A stretch of 64,000 bases of DNA from Coraliomargarita sp. (GTDB taxonomy: Bacteria > Verrucomicrobiota > Verrucomicrobiia > Opitutales > Coraliomargaritaceae): NCBI GenBank assembly GCA_965216325.1, contig OZ244160.1, positions 1,728,001 to 1,792,000 of the forward strand. The letters run 5' to 3'. Position numbers and translations under genes: made by a program. Below, piece after piece: positions 31,900-43,076 of this stretch (the first letter of the stretch is position 1; the number at the start of each line of letters is the position of its first letter). The notes under the pieces were generated by a model. The model was not told where the DNA came from and searched no databases. It saw only the letters and a list, made by a program, of their open reading frames with translations.

Positions 31900-32913
31900 A
31901 TGACTTGGGAAATTTTTCAAAACGGCGAGTGGTTGCCCTTCGTCTTCGCCTTCCTGATCGGACTCTCCATGCTGCTCTACGCGGTGCTCGATGGCTACGA
32001 CCTCGGCGTCGGCCTTCTGTCCCGCAGTGTGGATGCGGAAGACCGCGATCGTATGATCGCCTCAATCGGGCCCTTCTGGGATGCCAACGAAACCTGGCTG
32101 GTGCTCGGTGTCGGCCTCTTGCTCGTGGCCTTTCCGGTCGCACACGGCGTGGTGCTCACGAATCTCTACCTGCCAGTAGCCGTGATGATCATCGGTCTGA
32201 TTTATCGAGGGGTCTCTTTCGACTTCCGCAAGAAAGTCGCTCCCAAACAACAGGACCGCTGGAACCGCAATTTCTTTCTCGGCTCACTGGTCGTCGCCCT
32301 GAGCCAGGGCTATATGGTCGGACGCTTTATCATTGGCTTCAAGGAAGGCATCAGTGGACAAGTCTTCGCGGCCTTTTTCGGCCTGCTGGTAGTGGCGGGC
32401 TACATCTTGATGGGCTCCTGCTGGTTGATTCTCAAAACCGAGGGCGAGCTTCAAACGAAAGCCGTGGGCTGGGCACGCAAAGCCATCTGGGTCATGGTTG
32501 CCGGCGCGCTACTCAGCAGTCTGACCGCACCCTTCGTCGCAACGCGTATTTACGACCGCATGTTCTCCTTCCCGGAGGTGACGCTGCTCATAGCCATGCC
32601 ACTGATCTCGATCATGCTGACCTTGTTGATGCACTTCATCTTGGGGATTCTACCAATGAAAGATGACCGCTTGGCATGGATGCCCTTTGCGATCTCAATC
32701 GGTATCTTCGTCTTAGGCTTCCTTGGCCTAGTCTATAGTTTCTATCCCTACATCATTCCGGGGCACCTGTTGATCACCGAAGCAGCCGCAGCCCCCGAGT
32801 CGCTAAAAGTCATTCTCTTTGGTGCCGCTTTCGTGTTGCCTGTAATGATCGGCTACACCGCACTCGCCTACTGGATCTTCCGCGGCAAAGCCAGCGAGCT
32901 TAGTTATGACTGA
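31900..32913 (+). CDS. cydB: Cytochrome bd ubiquinol oxidase subunit II
   Basis: YAVLDGYDLGVG, IGPFWDANETWLV, RGVSFDFR, YWIFRGK. Confidence 0.97.
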   Translation: MTWEIFQNGEWLPFVFAFLIGLSMLLYAVLDGYDLGVGLLSRSVDAEDRDRMIASIGPFWDANETWLVLGVGLLLVAFPVAHGVVLTNLYLPVAVMIIGLIYRGVSFDFRKKVAPKQQDRWNRNFFLGSLVVALSQGYMVGRFIIGFKEGISGQVFAAFFGLLVVAGYILMGSCWLILKTEGELQTKAVGWARKAIWVMVAGALLSSLTAPFVATRIYDRMFSFPEVTLLIAMPLISIMLTLLMHFILGILPMKDDRLAWMPFAISIGIFVLGFLGLVYSFYPYIIPGHLLITEAAAAPESLKVILFGAAFVLPVMIGYTALAYWIFRGKASELSYD

Positions 32914-32917
32914 GCTC

Positions 32918-33000
32918 TGAACGTCGAACATTGAACACCCAACTTCGAACATCGAATAATTCATTATTCTACGTTCGACGTTCGATGTTCGATGTTCAAA
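32918..33000. repeat. Inverted heptamer-repeat element (TCGAACA)n/(TGTTCGA)n
   Basis: tgaacg tcgaaca ttgaaca cccaact tcgaaca tcgaata ... cgttcga cgttcga tgttcga tgttcaa. Confidence 0.8.
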
Positions 33001-33010
33001 TTCTGTCAGC

Positions 33011-33511
<501 letters not shown>

Positions 33512-33523
33512 AGCGTTGCCCCA

Positions 33524-34198
33524 ATGATTCGCCTGCCAATTGCACTACTTGCCACGCTACTTTGCTTAGCCCAGCAAGTGGCATCGGCAGGCAACACCAA
33601 GCTGAGCGACTTCTCCAGCCTCGAAGGCTACCTCGCTTGCCTGTTGATCAATGAAGTCGCGTTCCCCGGGGAGCAGGGCTACATCAGCGAGCAGAACTCC
33701 ATGCAGGCGATGGAGAACATCCTCCTAGTGCTGGATGCACGCATCTTCCACGTGCCCAGCCCCTACACACGATTTCAAATCGCGCAGACCAGCTCGGACA
33801 AACTCTTGGATGTGATTACCGCTGGGGGCAAAAACGGCCAAGTGCAGGGCTTCTACCGCGATGCCGAAGGTTATGCGACCATGGACTCGAGGATCCCGAA
33901 GCGCATTCACTACCTCGAAGGCATCGCCAACGACGGAGCTCCCGGGCGCTTTGCTCGGCTACTGAATCATGGGACTCAATTGTCGATCAACTACATTGCC
34001 AAGCTACGCCGCCCAGAAAACCTCTTCGTCAACCTCCGCAAGGTCAACACGACTCCAGTCACCGGGCGCGCCTATTCCTGGATGACTGATCGCCATTACT
34101 ACCATTCCGGCGGCCGCTTCGTGCGCATTCCCAACAAACTGAACGGTTCACTCGGCGGCAACCGCTTCTTCACGCTGCAAGCGATCTCCACGCAATGA
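33524..34198 (+). CDS. Exported hypothetical protein, possible SleB-like cell-wall hydrolase
   Basis: Signal peptide; YLACLLINE near the N-terminus; LGGNRFF near the C-terminus. Confidence 0.45.
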   Translation: MIRLPIALLATLLCLAQQVASAGNTKLSDFSSLEGYLACLLINEVAFPGEQGYISEQNSMQAMENILLVLDARIFHVPSPYTRFQIAQTSSDKLLDVITAGGKNGQVQGFYRDAEGYATMDSRIPKRIHYLEGIANDGAPGRFARLLNHGTQLSINYIAKLRRPENLFVNLRKVNTTPVTGRAYSWMTDRHYYHSGGRFVRIPNKLNGSLGGNRFFTLQAISTQ

Positions 34199-35028
34199 AA
34201 GCCCTCACCTCCAGCCTACTTCTCCTCTTGAGCTTGGCACCTCTGAGTGCTCAGCCCTTTGAGCAAAGCTATGCCTACGAGTTGTTTCGCTACCTATATC
34301 GCTGGCACATGGACGATGCCATTCTAGGCGAAACATTCGTCAATATGGGCGACGTCGAAGTCTACTACCGTAGCGTCGAGCCCAAGCAACGTGACCAGAA
34401 CGACCGGTCCGAGTATCTCGAACTGTGGATCCCTTGCGCGAAACTCGAAGTCAGCCTCAAGCGCGCCGACTACAAGATCCCCAAGTTGGACGTCGAGATC
34501 AGCGACCAACACTACAAGGTCCTCTCCGCACAGCACTACAAGTCCGCCGAATTCGACCCAAGGCAGTTCAAGAAAGTCGTTTATGCGCACGACGCGCTCT
34601 TCGATCATCTCGACAAAACACGTAACGACGCGACCTTTCCCGAAGAGGCAACCCGCGAGCGGATCAGCAAAGAAGCAACTCGCATCCTGAAAGAACGCGG
34701 GCTGTATGATCCCGCTGTAATCAACGAAGCAGTCCAGTTTGGCTACGCGGCCCCCATCTCAATTGCGTCCAACGAACTCTGGTTTTACTGGGTCAACGGC
34801 CGGAAGTTCATCCGTTTCAACGCGGATATCAGTCATGAGCATCCCTCCTTCTGGAAGCTTGCCGACGCCAGTGTCGAAGTCATCGACGTCGACACCCAAG
34901 TCATCGTCTCACCACACGAGAAATCCCCACACGGTCATTTCACTAAAGACTACATTGGCCGCGTGCTTTTCAACTGCGTGGTGCACGGCCAACATTTGGT
35001 CATTCCGCGCGAAGAAGCAGTTGACTAA
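34195..35028 (+). CDS. Exported hypothetical protein
   Basis: ATGA-coupled to the upstream gene; signal peptide ending LSA-Q. Confidence 0.65.
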   Translation: MKALTSSLLLLLSLAPLSAQPFEQSYAYELFRYLYRWHMDDAILGETFVNMGDVEVYYRSVEPKQRDQNDRSEYLELWIPCAKLEVSLKRADYKIPKLDVEISDQHYKVLSAQHYKSAEFDPRQFKKVVYAHDALFDHLDKTRNDATFPEEATRERISKEATRILKERGLYDPAVINEAVQFGYAAPISIASNELWFYWVNGRKFIRFNADISHEHPSFWKLADASVEVIDVDTQVIVSPHEKSPHGHFTKDYIGRVLFNCVVHGQHLVIPREEAVD

Positions 35029-35648
35029 GCTTCCAGTGCTTCGGCCAAGTCGCAAAGCACCTCAGTCGCTTGCTCGAAGCGCTCACGAGTCTTGTCGTCT
35101 GCAATCAGACCGAGTTCGACCATCGAAAGCACACCCTTGCCGAGATAGAGTGTGGCCTTCGAGTTCTTCATCAAACCGAGCAAAGCGCGCTGCTCGGCCT
35201 CACCAAGAATCATCGCCAAGCGCACGCCATCGTTGGTGCGCACATCCACTGCGGCGTCAAATGCGTTGTCCCCACTCACCCAGCGGTTTTTCTGTCCGCT
35301 ATCGCGCTGTTGCATCTTGCCCAACAGGCCCGTGCTGGTCATCTGCATGCTGAGCTCGCTTTCAGCCAGCTGCAACTTGATCATGGTTTCACTTTGGCGG
35401 GTATTTTGCAGCCCCTGCCCCGGAGCCGAAATCGACAACTCGCGCCCACGGTAAGTCCCATGCACAAAGGGCTCCGGACGAAGAAACCCGCCCATCGATG
35501 GCTCCGGCACAGTGAGCTCCAACTCAAAGCGCTCTGACAACTTTTGGTATTGGTCGGCAATCTTCTGCGCAGATGCACGCAACATCCACCAAAACAGACC
35601 CGTGACACCCGCTGCCAGCAACACTGCGATAAGGATTTGAAAAAGCAT
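35025..35648 (-). CDS. Hypothetical membrane-anchored protein
   Basis: 207-aa ORF with N-terminal TM helix. Confidence 0.65.
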   Translation of the reverse strand: MLFQILIAVLLAAGVTGLFWWMLRASAQKIADQYQKLSERFELELTVPEPSMGGFLRPEPFVHGTYRGRELSISAPGQGLQNTRQSETMIKLQLAESELSMQMTSTGLLGKMQQRDSGQKNRWVSGDNAFDAAVDVRTNDGVRLAMILGEAEQRALLGLMKNSKATLYLGKGVLSMVELGLIADDKTRERFEQATEVLCDLAEALEA

Positions 35649-35757
35649 ACCTTATGCTTGCTGACTCGATCAACGACTTGCGAGTTCTTTCTTCCTCAGC
35701 AAAGCAAGAGTAAGGGATTGCTCCACTCGCAAAAGAAAACATGCTCAGCCAATAACG

Positions 35758-36189
35758 ATGCTCAATTTGATGAAAGTTCTCCTGCTCACCGCCCTGCTCG
35801 GCACTGCCATTTTGGCAGGCTGTGCCAGCACCAAGAGCTCGCAGATGAGCCCGCAGGATCAGGCATTATTCAACGCTTACAGCCCACAGGAGCGCTATCT
35901 CATTCGATCGGGGAAGATTGATATCGGCTTTGACCAGGATCAGGTGCGCATGGCTTGGGGTGAGCCGGACAATGTGCGCTCATCAACCAACGCGAGTGGC
36001 ACTGCGCTCGTCTGGGAATACCACGAGCTCGAGCCCAACTACCGTGCCATCAGCGGTGCTGGTGCGACCATCAACCGTGGCTTCGATGCCGGTGTTGGTG
36101 TGGTCGGCAATCCCGTCAAACCGACCCTGCGCAAACGCGTTTATTTTGACCGGAGCACCCATGAAGTCTCCAAGTTTGAAACCTTTTAA
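35758..36189 (+). CDS. Lipoprotein (SmpA/OmlA-like hypothetical)
   Basis: Lipobox [21 protein letters not shown] motif. Confidence 0.65.
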   Translation: MLNLMKVLLLTALLGTAILAGCASTKSSQMSPQDQALFNAYSPQERYLIRSGKIDIGFDQDQVRMAWGEPDNVRSSTNASGTALVWEYHELEPNYRAISGAGATINRGFDAGVGVVGNPVKPTLRKRVYFDRSTHEVSKFETF

Positions 36190-36191
36190 CT

Positions 36192-37121
36192 ATGTCTGAC
36201 CAACGTCGCTACAGCAAAGAAGATTTCCTCACCCAGTTACACTGGGATGCACTGGACGCCGATTACCTGCGCCAACTCGTAGGCCTCGCCAAGATCGAAG
36301 ACCTCGCCGGAGCGGGTCTCGCCAAACGCCCCGAGCGACTGGGCGATGTGACCACCGCACTCATGCCCGAAGGCACAATGGGCAAAGCACTGCTCAAAGC
36401 CCGCGAGCCAATGGTCATCTGCGGACTCGGCATCATCCCCATCGTTCTAGATACCTACGGCGCAGGTTGTGAATTCGAAGCCACAGTAAGCGATGGCACC
36501 GATGTGCTGCGCGACGATGTGCTCGGCACCCTAAGCGGCCCATCCGAAGCACTGCTGCAAGCCGAGCGTGTGCTACTCAACTTCATCCAACATCTTTCCG
36601 GCATCGCAACCGAAACCCGCCAATACGTTGACGCCCTCGAGGGCAGCGAAACCGCATTGCTGGACACCCGTAAGACTCACCCCGGCTACCGTGCCTTGCA
36701 GAAATACGCCTTTGCCTGCGGTGGCGGTTACAACCACCGCATGGGCCTCTTCGACCGCGTCATGCTCAAAGACAATCATCTGGCGGTCGCCGGTGCAACC
36801 GGTGGCGAGCGCCTGACCGACACCGTTGCCATCGCACGCGCTGCCTGCGAGACACTCGCGATCGAGGTCGAAGTCGACAGCCTGGACCAAATTCCACCCG
36901 TGCTCGAAGCCGGCGCCGACATCATTCTGCTCGACAACTTCACCCCCGAAGAACTCAGCGAAGCGGTCGAACTGATCGATGGCCGTGCTTGCACCGAAGC
37001 CAGCGGCGGCGTGACCATCAACACCCTCCACCGCCTCGGCGACCTGGGACTCGACTTTATTTCAACCGGTGCCCCCGTGCACCAAAGCCGCTGGAAAGAC
37101 ATCGGCCTCGACTGGCAATAA
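36192..37121 (+). CDS. nadC: Nicotinate-nucleotide pyrophosphorylase (carboxylating)
   Basis: [44 protein letters not shown]. Confidence 0.97.
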   Translation: MSDQRRYSKEDFLTQLHWDALDADYLRQLVGLAKIEDLAGAGLAKRPERLGDVTTALMPEGTMGKALLKAREPMVICGLGIIPIVLDTYGAGCEFEATVSDGTDVLRDDVLGTLSGPSEALLQAERVLLNFIQHLSGIATETRQYVDALEGSETALLDTRKTHPGYRALQKYAFACGGGYNHRMGLFDRVMLKDNHLAVAGATGGERLTDTVAIARAACETLAIEVEVDSLDQIPPVLEAGADIILLDNFTPEELSEAVELIDGRACTEASGGVTINTLHRLGDLGLDFISTGAPVHQSRWKDIGLDWQ

Positions 37122-37135
37122 GCAATCCTCCCATC

Positions 37136-37198
37136 GTAGGGGCGAGCCTTGGCACGCCCGCTATTCGACACCCTGGGCGCGTCAAGTCGCGTCCCTAC
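37136..37198. repeat. REPIN-like inverted REP pair
   Basis: GTAGGGGCGAGCCTTGGCACGCCC ... GGGCGCGTCAAGTCGCGTCCCTAC. Confidence 0.8.
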
Positions 37199-37203
37199 AG
37201 ACA

Positions 37204-38229
37204 ATGACCGCAACAGACCAAGAATACAGCCAAGTCATTTGCTCGGACGACGAGTTTATCATCCTCAAAGCACTGCTCGAGGCCAAGGGCGAGTTCGTCT
37301 CCGGTAGCCTCCTGTCGGAGCAGCTCGGCGTTTCACGTCCTGCGGTCTGGGGCAAGCTGGAGAAGCTACGCACCAAAGGATTCGAATTTGAGGCCGTGCG
37401 TAACCGCGGCTACCGCCTCACCAAGCAGCCCGAAATTTTTCATCCGGCACTGTTCCGCTATGCACAGGAGCAACTCGGCAATCACACTGACCTCCTCTAC
37501 TTCCCGGTGATCGACAGCACCAACAACGAAGCGGATCGCCAGATCTCTTACCAACGGAAGAGTCCCTTTGCCGTCGCCTCCAGCTGCCAGACGAAGGGCC
37601 GTGGACGCCTCGGCCGCGAGTGGTATAGCGCCTCCGCCGATAACCTCTACCTCTCGGTGCTATTTGAGCCAAACTTGCCGCCGCCACTACTCCAGCATTT
37701 CACCCTGTGGGCCGGCATCACCATCTGCCGCGCGCTACAAAGCTTCGTGCCGAAAGCACCGCTCAAAATCAAATGGCCAAACGACCTGCACTGCGACGGG
37801 CGCAAGTTTGCCGGCATGTTAACTGAAGCTAAAATGGACGCCGATGGCCTCAAAACCATCGTCTTCGGCATCGGCATCAACCTGAACAGCAACCCGAACG
37901 AGTATCCCAAAGAACTGCGCAAACTGGCGACCAGCCTCTATGCAGTGAACGGTGAAGAGCTCCCACTCAACGAAGTAACCGCAGCAGTCCTCAATGCCAT
38001 CGAAGGTGCTTACGAACACTGTATCAATAATTCCGATACGTCTTCACTCAGCAAAGCGTGGGCTCCACTGGATGCACTGGATGGCCAACAAGTCACTGCA
38101 CGTATGGGCGATAAAGAAATTTCCGGTATAGCCAGTGGCATCGACGACAGCGGCGCGTTGCTACTGAGCCAGGCAGACGGCACGCTCGAAGCCGTGCGCG
38201 CGGGTGATGTCACTTTGAAGAAACGCTAG
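37204..38229 (+). CDS. birA: Bifunctional biotin ligase/repressor
   Basis: N-terminal HTH ([16 protein letters not shown]), [27 protein letters not shown]. Confidence 0.95.
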   Translation: MTATDQEYSQVICSDDEFIILKALLEAKGEFVSGSLLSEQLGVSRPAVWGKLEKLRTKGFEFEAVRNRGYRLTKQPEIFHPALFRYAQEQLGNHTDLLYFPVIDSTNNEADRQISYQRKSPFAVASSCQTKGRGRLGREWYSASADNLYLSVLFEPNLPPPLLQHFTLWAGITICRALQSFVPKAPLKIKWPNDLHCDGRKFAGMLTEAKMDADGLKTIVFGIGINLNSNPNEYPKELRKLATSLYAVNGEELPLNEVTAAVLNAIEGAYEHCINNSDTSSLSKAWAPLDALDGQQVTARMGDKEISGIASGIDDSGALLLSQADGTLEAVRAGDVTLKKR

Positions 38230-38230
38230 C

Positions 38231-39001
38231 ATGAACATTCTCTGCATCGACGTTGGTAACACCAGCACCCATTACGGACTCGTAAAGGGACAAGCGGTCT
38301 CTGAAACCGGCGACTTCCGAACCAACAGCTTTCGCGATGGCCCCTCGCCGGAATTTGCCAAGCTCCTCGCAGACTCATTGGAACAAGCCGATGGCATCGC
38401 CTTTTGCTCCGTCGTGCCCAAGATCAACGATAACCTCCGCTCCAGTCTCAGCCATTCCGGTAAACGCATCTTTCACCTAACCTGCGATAGCTGCCCGGGC
38501 CTCGACCTTGCCTATCCCAAGCCAGAAGAGATCGGCCAAGACCGCATCGCCAACGCCATTGCGGCTCAGGAATACCATGGCGTGCCCGCGATCATCATCG
38601 ACATGGGCACCGCAGTGACCTTCGACATCGTCACCAGCCAAGGCTACGAAGGCGGCATTATCGCCCCCGGCCTCAAGGTCATGACCCGTTACCTGCACGA
38701 ACAAACCGCACTGCTTCCTGAGCTCGCCACTGAAGACCTCGTCGACGTCGAGGGAGCCATCGGTAAATCGACGGTGCATGCAATGAAGCTCGGGGTGGCA
38801 GTCGGTTTTTCCGGTATGATCGATGCGCTGCGCAAGCGAGTAGTTGCCGAGCTCAACGAACGCGGCGAACAAGACGCTGTGGTGCTTTCAACCGGTGGCA
38901 GTATTGCCAACCTCACCCAAGACTGGGCCGACAAAAGTGAGTTCGTCGAAAACCTCACCCTGATGGGCCTCGCGGTCGCCTTTGAACGCCAACATGGCTG
39001 A
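38231..39001 (+). CDS. coaX: Type III pantothenate kinase
   Basis: [31 protein letters not shown]. Confidence 0.95.
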   Translation: MNILCIDVGNTSTHYGLVKGQAVSETGDFRTNSFRDGPSPEFAKLLADSLEQADGIAFCSVVPKINDNLRSSLSHSGKRIFHLTCDSCPGLDLAYPKPEEIGQDRIANAIAAQEYHGVPAIIIDMGTAVTFDIVTSQGYEGGIIAPGLKVMTRYLHEQTALLPELATEDLVDVEGAIGKSTVHAMKLGVAVGFSGMIDALRKRVVAELNERGEQDAVVLSTGGSIANLTQDWADKSEFVENLTLMGLAVAFERQHG

Positions 39002-39281
39002 ACCAACAGCAGTCGTTCATCAGCCGGAGCAGGCGCGCTTCATCATCCAACTCGAGGGTGAGCTCGCTCACTTGGACTACGCTTTGAATGGCAGTGTGAT
39101 GGACATCCATCACACCTTTGTGCCGCCCGCACTGCGCGGAAAAAATATTGCGGGGCAACTTGCCAAGGCCGCCTTCGATTATGCTGGGGGACAAGCGCTA
39201 CAGGTCATTCCCAGTTGCAGCTATATCACCCGCTACGCCGAGCGATACCCCGAAGCCGGCGCGTTGATTCAACAATCGTAG
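38994..39281 (+). CDS. GNAT N-acetyltransferase (YjdJ-like)
   Basis: [15 protein letters not shown] and VIPSCSY. Confidence 0.9.
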   Translation: MAEPTAVVHQPEQARFIIQLEGELAHLDYALNGSVMDIHHTFVPPALRGKNIAGQLAKAAFDYAGGQALQVIPSCSYITRYAERYPEAGALIQQS

Positions 39282-39354
39282 GGGCTTCGCTTGCGGAGCC
39301 CACTCCAGCAGAATCGTTCACCCGACTTGCGGGCTTCGCAAGCAAAGCCCCTAC
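39278..39354. repeat. REPIN-like inverted REP pair
   Basis: GTAGGGGCTTCGCTTGCGGAGCCC ... GGGCTTCGCAAGCAAAGCCCCTAC. Confidence 0.85.
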
Positions 39355-39396
39355 ACCTTTCTGAGCACACTACTTGCGTTAGCCCCAGTCCCGAGC

Positions 39397-40278
39397 ATGA
39401 TGAGCCGGATGTTAAAAGCGCTGTCTGCACTCCTTCTGGTTCTTACCCTATTACCGGCATCCCTTCTCGCCCAAAGCTCGGTTTGGAAAGTTTCCAAGGG
39501 CGATCAGTCACTGTATCTGGGCGGCACTTGCCACCTACTCCGTAAATCGGACTACCCGCTGCCGGCAGAGTTCGATCTGGCCTATGCGGCATCCGACACG
39601 CTGGTCTTTGAAATCGACCCTGCCGCTGCCGCCGATCCGACTTTCGGCATGATGCTCTTAGGCGCAGCAACCTACACCGATGGCCGCAGTCTGAAGTCCG
39701 TGCTCTCCGACGACGCCTATACCGCACTGGCCGAACAGGGTGCCGAGTCCAACCTCCCCGTCCAAGTCCTCAATAACATGAAGCCCGGTATGGCGGTCAT
39801 GATGATCACCATTCAAGAACTCACGAAGCTCGGGATCTCTGAGGAGGGCGTCGATATGCACTACGCCATGCAGGCGAAGCAAGACAACAAGCCAATCCTA
39901 GCCCTTGAGACGCCAGAGTTTCAAATCGACCTATTGGCCAACATGGGCGAAGGCTACGAGAGCGAGCTGGTCCTCTACAGTTTGAAAGACCTCGATAAGC
40001 TCGAGGAGTTCTTCGACCAACTCCTGCTCGCGTGGAAAGACGGCAATGTCACCCAACTGGAGAAACTCTTTGTCGACGACATGAAGGACTATCCGCAGCT
40101 CTATAAAGACATGCTGGTTGACCGAAACCAAAATTGGATTCCCAAGATCGAAGCCTATTTGCAAAGCCCCGAAACCGAATTCATCCTCGTCGGAGTCGGC
40201 CATGCTGCAGGCGACGATGGCCTCTTAGCACTGCTTAAAAACAAGGGCTACTCAGTCCAGCAAGTCGCCAAACCATAG
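39397..40278 (+). CDS. TraB/GumN family protein
   Basis: WKVS..LYLGGTCH, GVD, LETPEFQ, RNQNW, VGVGH. Confidence 0.9.
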   Translation: MMSRMLKALSALLLVLTLLPASLLAQSSVWKVSKGDQSLYLGGTCHLLRKSDYPLPAEFDLAYAASDTLVFEIDPAAAADPTFGMMLLGAATYTDGRSLKSVLSDDAYTALAEQGAESNLPVQVLNNMKPGMAVMMITIQELTKLGISEEGVDMHYAMQAKQDNKPILALETPEFQIDLLANMGEGYESELVLYSLKDLDKLEEFFDQLLLAWKDGNVTQLEKLFVDDMKDYPQLYKDMLVDRNQNWIPKIEAYLQSPETEFILVGVGHAAGDDGLLALLKNKGYSVQQVAKP

Positions 40279-40283
40279 AAGAA

Positions 40284-40350
40284 TGGAGGGACGACGTCCT
40301 CGTCGTCCACAACTAGACCTGATTCGGACCGCGAGGACGCGGTCCCTCCA
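40284..40350. repeat. GGAG-type REPIN-like pair overlapping the MFS 3' end
   Basis: TGGAGGGACGACGTCCTCGTCGTCC ... GGACCGCGAGGACGCGGTCCCTCCA. Confidence 0.8.
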
Positions 40351-41551
40351 CCAAATCAGAGCTCTTCACCACCAAGCCACTGCAGAAATAAGCCAGCGGC
40401 ACCGCCGTCATCAACGCCAGTAGCGCCCAAAAACCAGCCCAATTTGGCTCAGCCTCCACAATCTGCCACTGATAAATCAGTTCACACCCAAAGGCACCGA
40501 TTACACCCGCGACACTCACGGATAAAAAGGCATGAAGTGCCTGACCTTGCCCGCGCATCTCCTTCGGCACCCGCTTATCCAAAAACATGCGACCGGTCAC
40601 CATCATAAAGGCATAGATCGGCCCGTGCAGTGCGATCCCCAGCCAGATAATTTCAATCATACTGACTGCACCGGCCAAGGCAAACAGGCTAAAACGGGCT
40701 ACCCCCAGCGCCATCGCAACCACTAGGAACCAACGGATTCGAAAGCGCCCAGCGACCAAGCTGAGAAACAGCATCGCCAGGATCTCCGAACTCTGCCCCA
40801 GAGTCATCTGCCCCGACGGAAAACTACTGCCAAACTCCTTTAGCATCGTGGGTACCATCATGTAGAAGGCCACACAAGGAGCCGCAAACATCGCCGACGC
40901 GAGATAGAAGGCACGCAGCTCGCGATCCTTCAGCAATCCAAACGCATTCAAGCCCAAAGCAGCCCGCCAACCGCGGCTCTTCGAATCCGCCGGCGGTGTG
41001 GACGGCATCAAGAAGCACACAAAGCCCATCATCAAACGCACCGCCGCAGCGATCAAACCGGTCTCGGCCGAGGCATCCAGCGCGAGGAGACTCACCGTCC
41101 AACCTCCAGTGATCCAACCAATCGTCCCACACATCGAATACAGTGGAAAGCTCTTCTCCGCATTCGGTAAATTCGCCAACTTGATCTTCGTGATCAGCGG
41201 GAACATCGGCGCTGAGATAAAGGCATTGCAGCCCTGAAAAAATAAATACCAGCCCGGATGCCAGCCCCACTGCAGTGAGGCAAAGGCCAACCACAAAAAG
41301 CCGGCACCTGATATGGCAAGTATTCCCAGTAAAGTCTGCGCCTCCATTCTACGGTCTGAAAGCGCGCCAAAAAACAAGGCCGAGAACATCGCCAAAAATG
41401 GGCCAAGCGCCGTCGTATACGGTAAGACCCAGCGCGCATCATACGCTTCCAGTATATTCGGCAACGCCGGCAACCACATGCCCGGCGGAATGAACATCGC
41501 AAACATGACCACCCCCATCAGGTAGCGGCGGTGCTGGAGCGTCATGTTCAT
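40313..41551 (-). CDS. MFS transporter (nucleoside:H+ symporter-like)
   Basis: About 12 TM segments; GALSDRR, GTIGW, MTLGQSSE, GIALHG, RGQGQ. Confidence 0.85.
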   Translation of the reverse strand: MNMTLQHRRYLMGVVMFAMFIPPGMWLPALPNILEAYDARWVLPYTTALGPFLAMFSALFFGALSDRRMEAQTLLGILAISGAGFLWLAFASLQWGWHPGWYLFFQGCNAFISAPMFPLITKIKLANLPNAEKSFPLYSMCGTIGWITGGWTVSLLALDASAETGLIAAAVRLMMGFVCFLMPSTPPADSKSRGWRAALGLNAFGLLKDRELRAFYLASAMFAAPCVAFYMMVPTMLKEFGSSFPSGQMTLGQSSEILAMLFLSLVAGRFRIRWFLVVAMALGVARFSLFALAGAVSMIEIIWLGIALHGPIYAFMMVTGRMFLDKRVPKEMRGQGQALHAFLSVSVAGVIGAFGCELIYQWQIVEAEPNWAGFWALLALMTAVPLAYFCSGLVVKSSDLVEGPRPRGPNQV

Positions 41552-41653
41552 TAGCCGCGTTCTAAGTCCACAGAAGTTAATGGCAAGCAGGCAGACTTTT
41601 TACTTTAAAATAGTGAACATATTTATACTTAAAGTTGTCTCTTATCTTAACAG

Positions 41654-41730
41654 CTAGCGCAGGCGCGTCCCGCGCCGCACCGATCAAACAAGCATGGACT
41701 CAATGCGGAGCGTGGACGCTCCTACGCTAC
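41654..41730. repeat. Degenerate REPIN-like pair
   Basis: CTAGCGCAGGCGCGTCCCGCGCC ... GGAGCGTGGACGCTCCTACGCTAC. Confidence 0.7.
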
Positions 41731-41837
41731 CAACAGGACAGCACACCCTCATTTGGTCCGGTTCGCTACGCGCCCGGTCTTGTCGTCGCTTCGCTCCTCG
41801 GAACACTTTTCACCATCACTCTCACCTTCACTTCCGC

Positions 41838-43076
41838 GTGTCCCTTCGCTACATCTTTCTCGATTTCGACAGCTTCTTCGCCTCCGTCGAACAGCAACAC
41901 CGCCCGGAACTGCGCGGCAAACCGGTCGGCATCGTCCCATCACTAGGTGTTGACACAACTTGCTGTATCGCGGCCAGCTACGAGGCAAAAGCCTATGGGG
42001 TAAAAACCGGCACGGCGGTGCGCGAGGCTCGTTATCTGTGTCCCGACATTCAATTCGTCGAAGGCAACCATCGGCGCTACATCCGCACCGCTAACACGAT
42101 CCATGAGGTCATTCACCAAATCGTCTATATCGACAAGATCGCCAGTATCGACGAAATGTATGGGCGCCTCCCGCCACACTGGCAGCCGCCCGCAGTCGCC
42201 AAGCGCAAGGGCGAGGAAATCAAAACCGCCCTCTCCCAAGCCATCGGCCCCCACATCACGGTTTCCATCGGCCTCGCCCCCAACCGCTTTTTAGCCAAGC
42301 TCGCCAGTAAGCTGGAAAAGCCCAATGGCCTCACCACGCTCGATTTCGACGAGCTGCCCGACAAGCTCTACCGCTTCGACCTCGACGACATCACCGGTAT
42401 TGGGCGTAGCATGCAGCGGCGCCTTCACACCGCCCGCATCCTCGACCTGCCTGCACTCTGTGCCGCCAGCCGACGCAAACTCCACAAGATCTGGGGCTCG
42501 GTTGAAGGGGATCGCATGTGGTATCAGCTCCGTGGCATCGATCTTCCCGAAATTGAGACCAAGACGCAGACCATCGGACACTCCCACGTGTTGCCGCCAC
42601 GCCTACGCACCTTCCACGGCGCCCACGCCACCCTCCACCGCATGTTGCAAAAGGCCTGCCGCCGACTACGAGCCGGTAAGTTCTTTACCGGCCACCTGTT
42701 CGTGCAAGTCAAGTTCGGCTTCGATCTACGCTGGCGGGCAGAGGCACATTGCTTCCCTACTCAAGACAGTGTCACTCTTGGGAGACTTTTAAACTCGCTT
42801 TGGGAAGCTCATCCCCGCGACGCCGACAAACCAACTAAAGTCGCCGTCACCCTCACTCACCTGGAACACCTCAACAGTCATACCCCCTCCTTATTCGAAG
42901 CCGACAACCAAACGCGCCGCATGCAGCTCCAGCACGCAATGGACCAAGTCAACAAGCAGCACGGCGGCCGCACACTGTATTACGCCGATGCCATGGAAGC
43001 GCAACAAAGCCAAGAAGCCGCCCCCATGCGCATCGCCTTCACCCACATCCCCGATTTGGAGCTGGAGGATGGTTAA
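41838..43076 (+). CDS. Y-family DNA polymerase (DinB/UmuC-like)
   Basis: FLDFDSFFASVEQ, IAASYEAKAYGVK, SIDE, SIGLAPNRFLAKLAS, GIG; GTG start inferred. Confidence 0.92.
   Translation: MSLRYIFLDFDSFFASVEQQHRPELRGKPVGIVPSLGVDTTCCIAASYEAKAYGVKTGTAVREARYLCPDIQFVEGNHRRYIRTANTIHEVIHQIVYIDKIASIDEMYGRLPPHWQPPAVAKRKGEEIKTALSQAIGPHITVSIGLAPNRFLAKLASKLEKPNGLTTLDFDELPDKLYRFDLDDITGIGRSMQRRLHTARILDLPALCAASRRKLHKIWGSVEGDRMWYQLRGIDLPEIETKTQTIGHSHVLPPRLRTFHGAHATLHRMLQKACRRLRAGKFFTGHLFVQVKFGFDLRWRAEAHCFPTQDSVTLGRLLNSLWEAHPRDADKPTKVAVTLTHLEHLNSHTPSLFEADNQTRRMQLQHAMDQVNKQHGGRTLYYADAMEAQQSQEAAPMRIAFTHIPDLELEDG

Noticed and set aside
37069..37203. Long N-terminal extensions of BirA (also the Y-family polymerase at 41694-41837)
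   Set aside because: They run through REPIN DNA or overlap the upstream gene; downstream starts fit the families better
41606..41630. SOS box upstream of the Y-family polymerase
   Set aside because: Only a GAACA half-site; no match to a full TGTTC-N4-GAACA or GAAC-N4-GTTC palindrome
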